IMG/VR virus record: IMGVR_UViG_3300045988_118718
Location: 1 to 40,482 of that record
DNA length: 40,482 nt
Reading direction: 5' to 3' (one strand)
Origin: a virus
The position numbers and the translations under genes are program-made. The notes under the pieces were generated by a model. The model was not told where the DNA came from. It worked only from the letters and a program-made list of their open reading frames with translations, and did not search any database. Below are positions 9,358 to 18,120 of this stretch, in pieces (the stretch's first letter is position 1; every line of letters begins with the position of its first letter).

Positions 9358-10976
9358 TGCGCTACCTCCGGTTTAAATTCGGCCGGTTTAATGCCCTGTG
9401 GAATTCTCCATCCACAGGCAGCTATCCGGTCGATCATATTCTTGGCCGATTCAAATGACCATGTTCCAACGTGCTGAAAACCACGGCTCTCCAAGAATCG
9501 AATCTGTTTCGGTGTGGTCAATCCTTCTTCTCGACGTTTATTCAATCGATCGAGCAATAAATTTGCCTTTCCGGCATTGTCGATCTCATCGGGGAATATG
9601 CCATACTTTTCTAATGCTTTTATTTGCTTGTCACTGGCTGGTGCCATTTCCCATCCAAAGGCCGGTACATAGCTTGACAGATCTTCCGCCTGTATCGACA
9701 TTTCAAACTGCAACGGATCCACCAGTTTACGCTTACGTTTCTTCATAGCGGCCAATTGCTCGGCCAGCTTTTCCTCACGTTCACGCTGCACGTCTTCACG
9801 AGCTGTCTGCTCCGCTTCCTCCAGGTCAATGGCCATTGGATCGATGGCAGCCTGTTTTTCCATGTTTTCGGTCATTTTCTTGGACACCTCTTCACTGTCC
9901 GCTATGAGTGCAGCCGGGTGACACAGTTCATGACGTTCTGTGTGCCATAAAAAGTCTAGTAAAAGTAGATTCTCCTTGCCCTCACATAGCCTTGTCCCAC
10001 GTCCCACCATCTGGCAGTAAAGAGATCGTACTTTAGTCGGTCTCAACACGATCACACAGTCCACGGACGGGCAGTCCCATCCCTCGGTCAGTAGCATTGA
10101 ATTGCAAAGTACGTTGTATTTCCCCTTGTCAAAATCATCGAGTATCTCTGCGCGGGCTTGCGTGGATCCATTACACTCGGCGGCGTGGAATCCTTCCGCG
10201 TTCAAGATATCTCTAAACTTTTGGGATGTTTTGACTAATGGCAAAAACACAACTGTTTTACGATCCATGCAGTACTTTTTCATCTCCTGCGCGATCTGGT
10301 GCAAGTAAGGATCTAAAGCCGTATCGATATCACTGACCTTGAAATCTCCGGTCTGTACGGCTACATGGGAGAAATCAATCTTTAACGGAATTGTCATGGC
10401 CTTGATTGGACTCAGATATCCCTCTTTTATAGCCTTTGGCAACGTGTATTCATACGCCAACGACTCGAAGAAGTTACCCAAATTACGCATATCGCCTCGG
10501 TCCGGTGTTGCAGTTACTCCCAGTACGTTTGCCCCGGAGAAGTGCTCCATGACCTTCTGATAGCTGTTAGAAAGCACATGATGTGCTTCGTCAACGATAA
10601 TGGTGTCAAAGTAATCCGGATCAAACTTATTCAGACGGTTCTCGTTCTGGAGAGATTGGACAGAACCAACGACGATTCTGAACCATGAACCAAGGCAGGA
10701 CTGCTCAGCCTTTTCCACCGCTGTACCTAATCCTGTAGTCTTGGCAATCTTGTCGCTGGCCTGTTCCAACAGCTCGCCACGGTGCGCCATGATCAACACA
10801 CGATCGCCATGACGTACACATTCCTCGGCCACTTTGGCAAAAACAATTGTCTTTCCGCATCCGGTTGGTAGGACCAGGAGTGTTTTCGTATGGCCCTGAT
10901 CCCATTCCCGGAAGATGGCCTCTTTTGCCTGTTGTTGGTATGGTCTAAGCTCCACTAAAATCGACCACCTTGCCAA
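9354..10976 (-). CDS. SF2 DEAD/DEAH-box helicase
   Basis: Motif I is PTGCGKT, motif II is VDEAH, motif III is TATP and motif VI is QMVGRGTR. The ORF is 540 aa. Confidence 0.85.
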   Translation of the reverse strand: MARWSILVELRPYQQQAKEAIFREWDQGHTKTLLVLPTGCGKTIVFAKVAEECVRHGDRVLIMAHRGELLEQASDKIAKTTGLGTAVEKAEQSCLGSWFRIVVGSVQSLQNENRLNKFDPDYFDTIIVDEAHHVLSNSYQKVMEHFSGANVLGVTATPDRGDMRNLGNFFESLAYEYTLPKAIKEGYLSPIKAMTIPLKIDFSHVAVQTGDFKVSDIDTALDPYLHQIAQEMKKYCMDRKTVVFLPLVKTSQKFRDILNAEGFHAAECNGSTQARAEILDDFDKGKYNVLCNSMLLTEGWDCPSVDCVIVLRPTKVRSLYCQMVGRGTRLCEGKENLLLLDFLWHTERHELCHPAALIADSEEVSKKMTENMEKQAAIDPMAIDLEEAEQTAREDVQREREEKLAEQLAAMKKRKRKLVDPLQFEMSIQAEDLSSYVPAFGWEMAPASDKQIKALEKYGIFPDEIDNAGKANLLLDRLNKRREEGLTTPKQIRFLESRGFQHVGTWSFESAKNMIDRIAACGWRIPQGIKPAEFKPEVAQ

Positions 10977-11461
10977 CCTTGCTGCGGTTGTGTTGGTTGA
11001 GTCGTTGCCTGTTTTGACGGATCAACAAAGGATTTGATGTTGTTATATTCGTTGCCGTTATATTTACGGTGATTGATCACTACATATCCTGTTGCTCCCG
11101 GAACTTTTGACCAATCCATTTTGATACGTCCGTCCGGTAATGTCTGTGCACCGATGGCTTTGAAAAAAGCAAACAACTGACCATTGGTTGACAGTAGAAA
11201 TAGCTTTTTATCGATATGTACATCTTCGCCATTGTGATTTATGACTAAATGTACATTGGCCACGTTACAAGGCGGCATTTTGTCTGTGCCATTATGCTGC
11301 TCACGGTCAAAGCTATCTACACGGAATGGATAAGTTCCTTCCGGCAGTAAGGTAAAAGTCTTTTCTTCGACTTCATCATCCCATCCAAGAGCTGTTCCTT
11401 GAACACTTGCAGGTTGTTGTGGTACCTGCTGACCATATCCGTATTGATTTTGATAATCCAT
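10955..11461 (-). CDS. DUF669-like protein (putative ssDNA-binding partner of Sak4-type recombinases)
   Basis: 168-aa ORF directly downstream of the AAA_24 ATPase with Gln/Gly-rich termini. The assignment rests on size, synteny and general resemblance. Confidence 0.55.
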   Translation of the reverse strand: MDYQNQYGYGQQVPQQPASVQGTALGWDDEVEEKTFTLLPEGTYPFRVDSFDREQHNGTDKMPPCNVANVHLVINHNGEDVHIDKKLFLLSTNGQLFAFFKAIGAQTLPDGRIKMDWSKVPGATGYVVINHRKYNGNEYNNIKSFVDPSKQATTQPTQPQQGWQGGRF

Positions 11462-11479
11462 GTTTATTTCCTCCTATTA

Positions 11480-12586
11480 TTAAAACGGTAATGTTTTCTC
11501 TTTTATCATTTCGTAGACTTGATTCCATGCTCCAATGAGTACTCCGTCTATAAAGTCTTTTGGATATTCTCTGACCGGCATGTCTTCCGGGAAGTAGCCT
11601 CGCATGGCTACAACCTTGCGAATATCATCCTCGTAAACTCCATTGGCTTTCATGAGATCGAGCAACGCTTTAGGGATTCCCTGATATTCCGGCGTATCCC
11701 AGTTAAATTCTTTACGTGCCGGTATATCTTCGGGATCGACAATTCTTGGCGGTTCTTCATCCATGCCATCTCGGATGTCCAGACCGCCTGTATTGTATGG
11801 CAGCGGATCAGGATCAATGGTTTGCTCGGCTACAGATTTAGTCTGAGTTTTTTCCATTTTGGAAATAACTGAATCTGTAAATAAGTGAGCAATCTGGTTA
11901 TAGTCAAAGTCCAGTTTGTCCGGAAGATCATCACGATTTTTGGCATCCCAAGTTGCCGTATGTGTTGTGTACATGACTCTCTTTTGGCCACCCTGTCCCT
12001 TGGATTTGCCGTCCTTGCTTTTGACAACGATAGTCTGATAGTTGGCAAACAGAATCATATCGGCCCATTCCTTGGCCATAGGCGCTGTTTTCTTTTCCAG
12101 TTTCAACTCCCACCGATCATAGGTGCCCATTTCATCCGGTTGTTCAAACTTGGAGATCTTGGCATGAGCGGTTACTACAACGTTGATACCAGCCTGCACT
12201 ACGCCTTCTAAACGATTCAGCAGTTGCCCAAAACGCTCGGCGAGATACGTGTATCCTTTTCCGTATCCGGCATCTTCTATGCCATTCCACCCTTTTGCCT
12301 GGCAAAGATCCCATGCACACATACGCTCGGCCCAGTCCAATGTATCGATCACCAATGTCCTACACATCTTTTCCTGTGCCACTGTCATGACCTCATCGAT
12401 CAGCATTGGCCAGCTTGTCGGTGTCGGCATACGTTTAACATCCAGGTTACGGGTAGACCCTTCCGTATCGATAAAGAGAGGATCGGGAAAATGACTTGCG
12501 AAAGTCGATTTCCCTACACCTTCAGGACCATAGACAAGCACCTTTCGTGCATGTTGAATCTTTCCACCTGTGATTTCATATTTCAT
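11480..12586 (-). CDS. AAA_24 / Sak4-like ATPase (RecA-fold recombination protein)
   Basis: The N-terminus VLVYGPEGVGKSTFASHFPDPLFIDTEGS is the typical AAA_24 signature. Confidence 0.75.
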   Translation of the reverse strand: MKYEITGGKIQHARKVLVYGPEGVGKSTFASHFPDPLFIDTEGSTRNLDVKRMPTPTSWPMLIDEVMTVAQEKMCRTLVIDTLDWAERMCAWDLCQAKGWNGIEDAGYGKGYTYLAERFGQLLNRLEGVVQAGINVVVTAHAKISKFEQPDEMGTYDRWELKLEKKTAPMAKEWADMILFANYQTIVVKSKDGKSKGQGGQKRVMYTTHTATWDAKNRDDLPDKLDFDYNQIAHLFTDSVISKMEKTQTKSVAEQTIDPDPLPYNTGGLDIRDGMDEEPPRIVDPEDIPARKEFNWDTPEYQGIPKALLDLMKANGVYEDDIRKVVAMRGYFPEDMPVREYPKDFIDGVLIGAWNQVYEMIKEKTLPF

Positions 12587-13875
12587 TAAAAACTACCTGC
12601 CTTCCATGTCGGTTGTTTCGGTACTTCTTCAGCCTGGCTTTTGACGTATCCATCTTCGATAATGATGCTGCATTCCTCGCCGGTCGATACTCTTGTACCG
12701 ATGATCTGCAAGCCTTCCTTTTCGGCCCATGCACCAAATTCCTTGAGCGTATCCACATCCATCTGCTCCAGCTTATCAACTAGGACAAAGCCACATTCCG
12801 GATTCAGACAACGCACAATCGATGTGGCCACGATCAACTGCTCTGCGGAAGACATGTTGTCCCATTTTTGCCCTTTGTAAATCAATACACTGTCTTCAAT
12901 GGATAACCCTTCGAGCGGTAGATTGGCACCTTTTAACAGATCCAGTTTGTCCTGACGGACCTTCTTCAGTACGGCATCCTTGTTTTCCCATTCCAGTTCT
13001 GCCTGACGTGCATCCTCTTCCGCTTTCTGTTTGTCCAGGTTGGCACGTACCTTACGGTTGATCTCTTCGATCTCCTGCAGATTGTTTTCCAGCTCTTCCG
13101 TAGACTGATCCACAAGATCCATTGCATCCGTCTTAGCGATTGCTAAGTTTTGTGTAGCCTTTGTTAAAGCATCCTGTTTTTCTTTCAGCATCTGCTGGAT
13201 TCTGGCTACTTCTTCAGTCAAGGTATGAACCTGGTATTCATACTGATCTACCTTTTCACGCTTGCGGGCATTTTCACCATTTTGTGCCAGGATAGCCTGT
13301 TGTTGGTTGATTAACTCTTGTGGTGATACCAATTGATCTGGGACACCGTCATAGTGCGTTTGTTCCTGAGCAAACTTCTTTTTCTGATCCGCGATACGTC
13401 CGGCCATCAATCTGTCTTGATAAGCTTCCTTTTCCTGACGTTCCAGCTCCATAAGTTGTGGACCAACCCCGATGATTTGCAGTAAGGTATTGGCTTTTTC
13501 TTTATCGCTGGATGCCATGAACTTAGGCAGATTAAGTGCCAGCTTTTCGATAAAGCTGTCCAGTAACGTTTGACCGGCTTTTTTGCCAGACGGATCCGAG
13601 ACTTTAAGAGCACTGTTTTTGCCCTTACGCTCAACGATGATCCCGTTGCTAAGCTCAATTTTCAAATGTGGTGGAATAACTGACTGATCATTCTGCGCTC
13701 TGGAAGGTTTGAATGTGTCGCCACCAAGATTCCAGGCAATCGCATCTAATACAGATGTTTTACCCTGTCCGTTCTTTCCACCAATCACGGTCAATCCATT
13801 TTGCGTGGGTTCAACCTTTACCGCTTTGATTCGTTTGACGTTTTCCAGTTCTAACTGATTGATCTTTACTGTCAT
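12586..13875 (-). CDS. SMC/RecF/SbcC-like AAA ATPase with a coiled-coil insert
   Basis: Walker A is GGKNGQGKTSVLDAI. A long heptad-like central region is followed by a C-terminal signature/Walker B-like FVLVDKLEQMD. Confidence 0.75.
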   Translation of the reverse strand: MTVKINQLELENVKRIKAVKVEPTQNGLTVIGGKNGQGKTSVLDAIAWNLGGDTFKPSRAQNDQSVIPPHLKIELSNGIIVERKGKNSALKVSDPSGKKAGQTLLDSFIEKLALNLPKFMASSDKEKANTLLQIIGVGPQLMELERQEKEAYQDRLMAGRIADQKKKFAQEQTHYDGVPDQLVSPQELINQQQAILAQNGENARKREKVDQYEYQVHTLTEEVARIQQMLKEKQDALTKATQNLAIAKTDAMDLVDQSTEELENNLQEIEEINRKVRANLDKQKAEEDARQAELEWENKDAVLKKVRQDKLDLLKGANLPLEGLSIEDSVLIYKGQKWDNMSSAEQLIVATSIVRCLNPECGFVLVDKLEQMDVDTLKEFGAWAEKEGLQIIGTRVSTGEECSIIIEDGYVKSQAEEVPKQPTWKAGSF

Positions 13876-14207
13876 TCTTCATCCTCCACGATTTTCTTTT
13901 CGAAAATTTCTTTTGTAACCATCGCATCTGGATGTTTACTTTTAATGCCTTTGGCAATCAATTCTGATAATTCAAACGTTAGATTCTTTAAAGATTGATC
14001 TAAATGTTTCTCAATCAGATCATCAATCTGTTGTTTTGTAATTCCATAGTCTTTCGTAAATAACTCGACCATTTTCTTATTTGTTCCACATTTCATTCCT
14101 AACATCATAGGTTTATAATTGATCTCTGCTTTGACTAAAGGTTCCGGATCAATCGCATCTAATATCTTGTCTAGTACTTCTTCTAATTCTTTTAACTTGT
14201 TATTCAT
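13872..14207 (-). CDS. hypothetical early protein
   Basis: 111-aa ORF with an SD, acidic in composition. Confidence 0.6.
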   Translation of the reverse strand: MNNKLKELEEVLDKILDAIDPEPLVKAEINYKPMMLGMKCGTNKKMVELFTKDYGITKQQIDDLIEKHLDQSLKNLTFELSELIAKGIKSKHPDAMVTKEIFEKKIVEDEE

Positions 14208-14238
14208 TTTCTTGTTCTCCTTCTTGTGTTAAAATAGG

Positions 14239-14262
14239 AGTGGATATTTTAGATTATCCACT
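14239..14262 (-). terminator. possible hairpin (AGTGGATA/TATCCACT) after the 103-aa gene
   Basis: 8-bp perfect stem overlapping the stop of ORF 14261..14572. The downstream tract is only partly T-rich. Confidence 0.3.
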
Positions 14263-14572
14263 ATTGAGCGCTCTCTACTTTGGTCGGTGAAGGCGCTTTT
14301 TTTAATGCCTCGTAGGCTTCTGTGATTTTCTTTTCAGTAAGTCCTACATAAGCTATGACTCTTCGAGCCAATACCGTGTTATGATCCAGATTCTCCAATC
14401 CTTCCAATGTCACATCTTTGCGAATACTTTCAATGACCTGATCGGCTCTTCTTGCACCACATGGTATAAATGACATAACTTCTTTTCGATTCAGGAAACC
14501 TTTCCGCATAAGGTTGTACCGATTTGTTGTTAATTCATCCGGAGAAATATCTTTCACCCGCATATGACTCAC
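14261..14572 (-). CDS. hypothetical early protein
   Basis: 103-aa ORF with GGAGGTGA upstream of the ATG. Confidence 0.6.
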   Translation of the reverse strand: MSHMRVKDISPDELTTNRYNLMRKGFLNRKEVMSFIPCGARRADQVIESIRKDVTLEGLENLDHNTVLARRVIAYVGLTEKKITEAYEALKKAPSPTKVESAQ

Positions 14573-14579
14573 CTCCTTC

Positions 14580-14792
14580 CTAGATCCATGTACTTAGCAT
14601 CTGTAGTCCAACTGTTAACAGCATTCCTATTGCTAAACCAAATACCAGATATTCAACTTTAGTCATATCTTTTTGTTTTGGCTTTTCGCACCATTGAAAT
14701 GCCTCAGTGTGTAAAAAGTCTTTTTCAGGTAATTTGCTCATAAATAACATCCCCTTATCTTTCATCATTCTTTTTTTCAAATACCTTTTCAC
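14580..14792 (-). CDS. small membrane protein
   Basis: C-terminal TM helix VEYLVFGLAIGMLLTVGLQMLSTWI. The start is ambiguous. Confidence 0.5.
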   Translation of the reverse strand: MKRYLKKRMMKDKGMLFMSKLPEKDFLHTEAFQWCEKPKQKDMTKVEYLVFGLAIGMLLTVGLQMLSTWI

Positions 14793-14946
14793 AATAATCC
14801 ATATAGGATTTAATCATTTCGTTAGTAAGTTCTTCTTGATGATTCGTTAAACTTTCCATATAATGCATTCCAATTAGGTTACTCATCATGAATGAAACAA
14901 TAAAACTAATAGTTACACTGCAAATACAACTAACGATTACTTCCAT
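14755..14946 (-). CDS. small membrane protein
   Basis: N-terminal TM helix VIVSCICSVTISFIVSFMMSNLIG. Confidence 0.5.
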   Translation of the reverse strand: MEVIVSCICSVTISFIVSFMMSNLIGMHYMESLTNHQEELTNEMIKSYMDYCEKVFEKKNDER

Positions 14947-14994
14947 CTTTTACCTCACTCTAGTTTTCGCGTTTTCTCCACTTCCATAAATACG

Positions 14995-15003
14995 TGATAA
15001 AAT
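14995..15003 (+). promoter_or_regulatory. candidate extended -10 (TGATAAAAT) for the plus-strand accessory gene
   Basis: Located 27 nt upstream of the ATG at 15030, with AAAGGAG between them. Confidence 0.3.
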
Positions 15004-15029
15004 ATATTTAGTGAAAGGAGATAAATTAC

Positions 15030-15242
15030 ATGTCAAATTTTGATGATGACTTTATTAATGATTTTCTAGAGTCATACAATTCATTTCTGAATGACACTAT
15101 CAAGAAAGCAACATTTCAAATAGATAAAATTATCGAGTTGCAAATTTCTTCCTATATTGGCTCAATACAAAGATTATCTGAAACAATAATTAGAAATAAT
15201 AATGCTATTTTAAAACGCTTAACCTTCAATTTGTTGATATGA
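15030..15242 (+). pseudogene. 5' fragment of an accessory (moron) gene split by the IS insertion
   Basis: The reading frame enters the IS at 15216. Removing the IS and one TSD copy joins it in frame to 16357..16872. Confidence 0.8.
15208..15215. repeat. target site duplication TTTTAAAA (left copy)
   Basis: An identical 8-mer abuts both ends of the IS. Confidence 0.75.
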
Positions 15243-16348
15243 CATAAATAATGTTGGATTAAACAGTATTTTATAAGTACAGAGAAACGAGGTACTTATA
15301 TGTTGATGAATACTAGTTCTGATTTTTTAGTCCCTTCCATTGATGAAAAACTTTGCGCTTATCAAAAAGATCGTATTTCTCAAATGATCCGTGATTATCT
15401 GGAAATCAATCAACAGATGGATCACTTTCATTTCGAATACTGTCCTAAATGTGGTCAACATCATCCCATGCTCGTAAAAGCGGGTAAAACCAAGGCTGGT
15501 AAACAGATGTTGAAATGTAATTCCTGTAAAAAACGCTTTGTATGTGATCATGGTCAGTTGACTTACTATTCTCATCAACCGCAGTCAAAATGGAACGATC
15601 TGATCATCGAAACGCAGAATGGAAATTCGCTGCTTCATACAGCTGCTAAAATCGATGTACATGAATCCACTGCTTTTCGTATGCGTCACAAATATCTTCA
15701 TTTCATTGAAGATATGGAGTGTCCCATATGTGCTACATCATGAAATCGAAATGGATGAAACGTATGTGACACATTGCCGTAAAGGCCGTTTTATCAAAGA
15801 TCATCCCGGCAAGAAGCGGGGTACCCGTGCTTCCAGGGCCGGTTTGTCCGATGAGAAAGTGTGCATAATAACAGCAGTGCAACGCCTGGGAAAATGTATT
15901 GCACGTTCGCTGAATGTATCGAAACCTTCTATAAAAAATGTAGAAGACTTTTGTCAATCCGTTGCCAATAAAAGCTACGTCTGGACAGATGGACTGCAAA
16001 GTTATACAAAGGTCCTCTGTGAAAAGAAATGCACCAACAAAGTTTTGAATACCTACAGTAAATACGATGCAGTCAATCATCTGAACAATGTCAATTCATT
16101 CCATTCAATGATCAAGGAGCAGTATCGGTTTTACCGGGGAGTGTCCAGCAAATACATCAACCGATATAATGCTCTGTTTACATTACAGAAGGAATATCAG
16201 GGAATGGACTCACAAGAATTCCTGTTACTGATTATGAAAAGATTGAGAGGACAAGTTAGTTACTTTTTTATTCGTCAAATACGAAAAGTAGATCTTTTTA
16301 AATTTGCGATTACTTAAAAGGCTATGTCAACAAATTGGAGATTAAGCG
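15216..16348 (+). mobile_element. IS1595-family (ISXO2-like) insertion sequence, 1133 bp
   Basis: 22-bp terminal inverted repeats match at 20 of 22 positions: cgcttaaccttcaatttgttga at 15216..15237 versus the reverse complement of 16327..16348. It is flanked by an 8-bp TSD. It encodes a zinc-ribbon plus DDE (ISXO2-like) transposase. Confidence 0.85.
15300..16317 (+). pseudogene. IS1595-family transposase, interrupted by one frameshift near 15715..15735
   Basis: ORF 15300..15743 carries the zinc ribbon CPKCG…CNSCKKRF and the HTH-like TAFRMRHKY. The +1 frame from about 15730 continues with EIEMDETYV…, the first DDE Asp region. A single indel explains the split. Confidence 0.8.
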
Positions 16349-16872
16349 TTTTAAAAAGTATTGAATCAATTCAGAAAGTAAACACTGATGCAATATCTTT
16401 AGCAGCCAAACAATCTATCCAAAACAATTTAGAAACAGTAATTAAAGCGAATGTAATCAATAGCAAAGTTTTTTTGGATTCATATGTTGATAACATGATT
16501 GCTTACGCTGCCAATAATGTTGTTGATCAATTGGAAAATATCAAAAGCGATGAAGTTGAAGAAAGTACAACAGCCCAAAATCTTCAACCAGTAAAGAAAC
16601 ATACACATTGGACAAGAGGTGATGTTCTTTCGCTGATATCCATAATTCTTTCTTTAATCATGTTTGTGCTTCCTAACAATAATGATCAAAACATTACGAT
16701 AGAAAACATCGAAGTAAATATCATAAATTCAGAAGATAACGTTGGTAATCCACCAAACAAACTAATTGAAAGTGTTTCTTCATTGATTCAGATAATAGAT
16801 GATATTGATCCAGAACTACTTCATCAATCTATTGATGAAGTTAAAGAGGACTATCAAGAAAACAGCAATTGA
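16324..16872 (+). pseudogene. 3' fragment of the split accessory gene; could still be expressed from an ATG inside the IS right end
   Basis: ATG 16324 lies inside the right inverted repeat and is in frame with the host-gene remainder. The protein has one TM helix (VLSLISIILSLIMFVL) and an acidic C-terminus. Confidence 0.7.
16349..16356. repeat. target site duplication TTTTAAAA (right copy)
   Basis: Identical to 15208..15215. Confidence 0.75.
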
Positions 16873-16893
16873 TAAAAGATTTATACTTCTTTT

Positions 16894-16930
16894 AAGACTT
16901 TGAACTCGCACTTCAAGGTCTTTTATTTTT
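16894..16930 (+). terminator. rho-independent terminator
   Basis: 11-bp stem AAGACTTTGAA/TTCAAGGTCTT with one G-U pair, followed by TTATTTTTT. Confidence 0.7.
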
Positions 16931-17009
16931 TCTTTATCATCCATCTCACACCTCTTTCTATGTCTGTTCCTTCCCGTTGTATAATGACTTTTGTTTCACC
17001 TTTTAGCTT

Positions 17010-17207
17010 TTAAAAATCTTCAAATAGATAATCAATAGTAAATTCTGGAAAAACTTTACGTTTTATCAGCAGCATTGCTTTCAAGTTAATATTCGTTGTT
17101 CCTGACAAGTAATTAAGTAATGTCTTATACTCAATTCCCACTTCCTCAGAAAGTTCCTTCTTTGACATTCCTTTTCTAGAAAGCTCTGCCTCTAAATTTC
17201 TAAACAC
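17010..17207 (-). CDS. Cro-like XRE-family HTH regulator
   Basis: 65 aa with a GTG start 7 nt after AGGAGG. The HTH is MSKKELSEEVGIEYKTLLNYLSG. It is divergent from the repressor gene. Confidence 0.8.
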   Translation of the reverse strand: MFRNLEAELSRKGMSKKELSEEVGIEYKTLLNYLSGTTNINLKAMLLIKRKVFPEFTIDYLFEDF

Positions 17208-17223
17208 TTCAGCACCTCCTTTG

Positions 17224-17313
17224 TTACCCCGCGAGGTAATTACATGTACATAATATACGCTGTAGGGTAATATGTCAATGCGAAAGAATAATTATTTTTA
17301 CTTTGCGGGGTAT
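17224..17313. promoter_or_regulatory. three 16-bp operator-like sites in the switch region
   Basis: TTACCCCGCGAGGTAA (17224..17239), the reverse complement of 17255..17270 (TTACCCTACAGCGTAT) and the reverse complement of 17298..17313 (ATACCCCGCAAAGTAA). Confidence 0.6.
17250..17278 (-). promoter_or_regulatory. early lytic promoter candidate (TTGACA-17-TATTAT)
   Basis: Minus-strand TTGACA at 17278..17273 and TATTAT at 17255..17250. An operator-like site lies in the spacer. Confidence 0.6.
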
Positions 17314-17321
17314 TTTCTTTC

Positions 17322-17349
17322 TTTACAACGTAATAAAATAGGTTATAAT
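17322..17349 (+). promoter_or_regulatory. repressor promoter candidate (TTTACA-16-TATAAT)
   Basis: TTTACA at 17322..17327 and TATAAT at 17344..17349, upstream of the SD AAAGGTGA and ATG 17371. Confidence 0.55.
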
Positions 17350-17370
17350 CTAGGTATAAAGGTGATTGCT

Positions 17371-17775
17371 ATGTTAAAAGACAAACTACTAGAACTAATG
17401 GAAGAAAAAGGTATAAATAAATCGGAGCTATCAAAAGGAGCGGATATTCCTTATACGACTATAGATGGGCTATTTAAAAAGAACTCTGAAAATATAAAAC
17501 TGCCAACTTTGAAAAAGTTAGCAGCGTACTTTAATTGTTCGATGGACTATTTGGCTGATGATGAATCTTATAAAAAGTCCCAATGGGGCAATGATGCAGC
17601 CAACCGGGAATATTTAGCAGATAAGCCAGAATTACTAGAAATATATGATCAGCTGGTAAATAGAGATGATATGGTTATTCTTTTTGACAAAACCAAAGAT
17701 CTCGAACCTAAAGATGTGGAGTCCGTACTGATGTTTGTACAAACAATTCGTAAGCAACGTGGTTTAGATGATTAG
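17371..17775 (+). CDS. cI/ImmR-like XRE-family repressor
   Basis: The HTH is INKSELSKGADIPYTTIDGLF. I chose the internal ATG 17371, which has an SD, over the track start 17272, which lies in the promoter region. There is no S24 peptidase domain, consistent with ImmA-dependent control. Confidence 0.8.
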   Translation: MLKDKLLELMEEKGINKSELSKGADIPYTTIDGLFKKNSENIKLPTLKKLAAYFNCSMDYLADDESYKKSQWGNDAANREYLADKPELLEIYDQLVNRDDMVILFDKTKDLEPKDVESVLMFVQTIRKQRGLDD

Positions 17776-18109
17776 TGACACGAATGATGTCATTATACGC
17801 ACTATGATATCATCGGGTGATTTTATGAGTTTTGAAGACTTCTGTGCACAGAATAATATAGTGGTTACTTATTATTCTTTCTCAACCAAGGTGCGGGGTT
17901 GCTGTATGAAGATAGATGATTACTATCTTGTGGCAATCAACCCTAGATTTTCAAATAATTCAATGAAGCGAACTCTCATTCATGAGATCACGCATATTAT
18001 GCAGGATCATCTGCTATGCGATCAGAGCGAATATGAGAAATGTGAAGAAGAAATAGACAGAATTATTAGTAACATGAAAAAATTAAAGTTTAACCAATTA
18101 ACATTATAA
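17768..18109 (+). CDS. ImmA/IrrE-family metallopeptidase (anti-repressor protease)
   Basis: HEITHIMQDH is a HEXXH motif. The gene overlaps the repressor stop, the typical ImmR-ImmA pairing. Confidence 0.8.
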   Translation: MISDTNDVIIRTMISSGDFMSFEDFCAQNNIVVTYYSFSTKVRGCCMKIDDYYLVAINPRFSNNSMKRTLIHEITHIMQDHLLCDQSEYEKCEEEIDRIISNMKKLKFNQLTL

Positions 18110-18120
18110 GGAGGAAGTAC

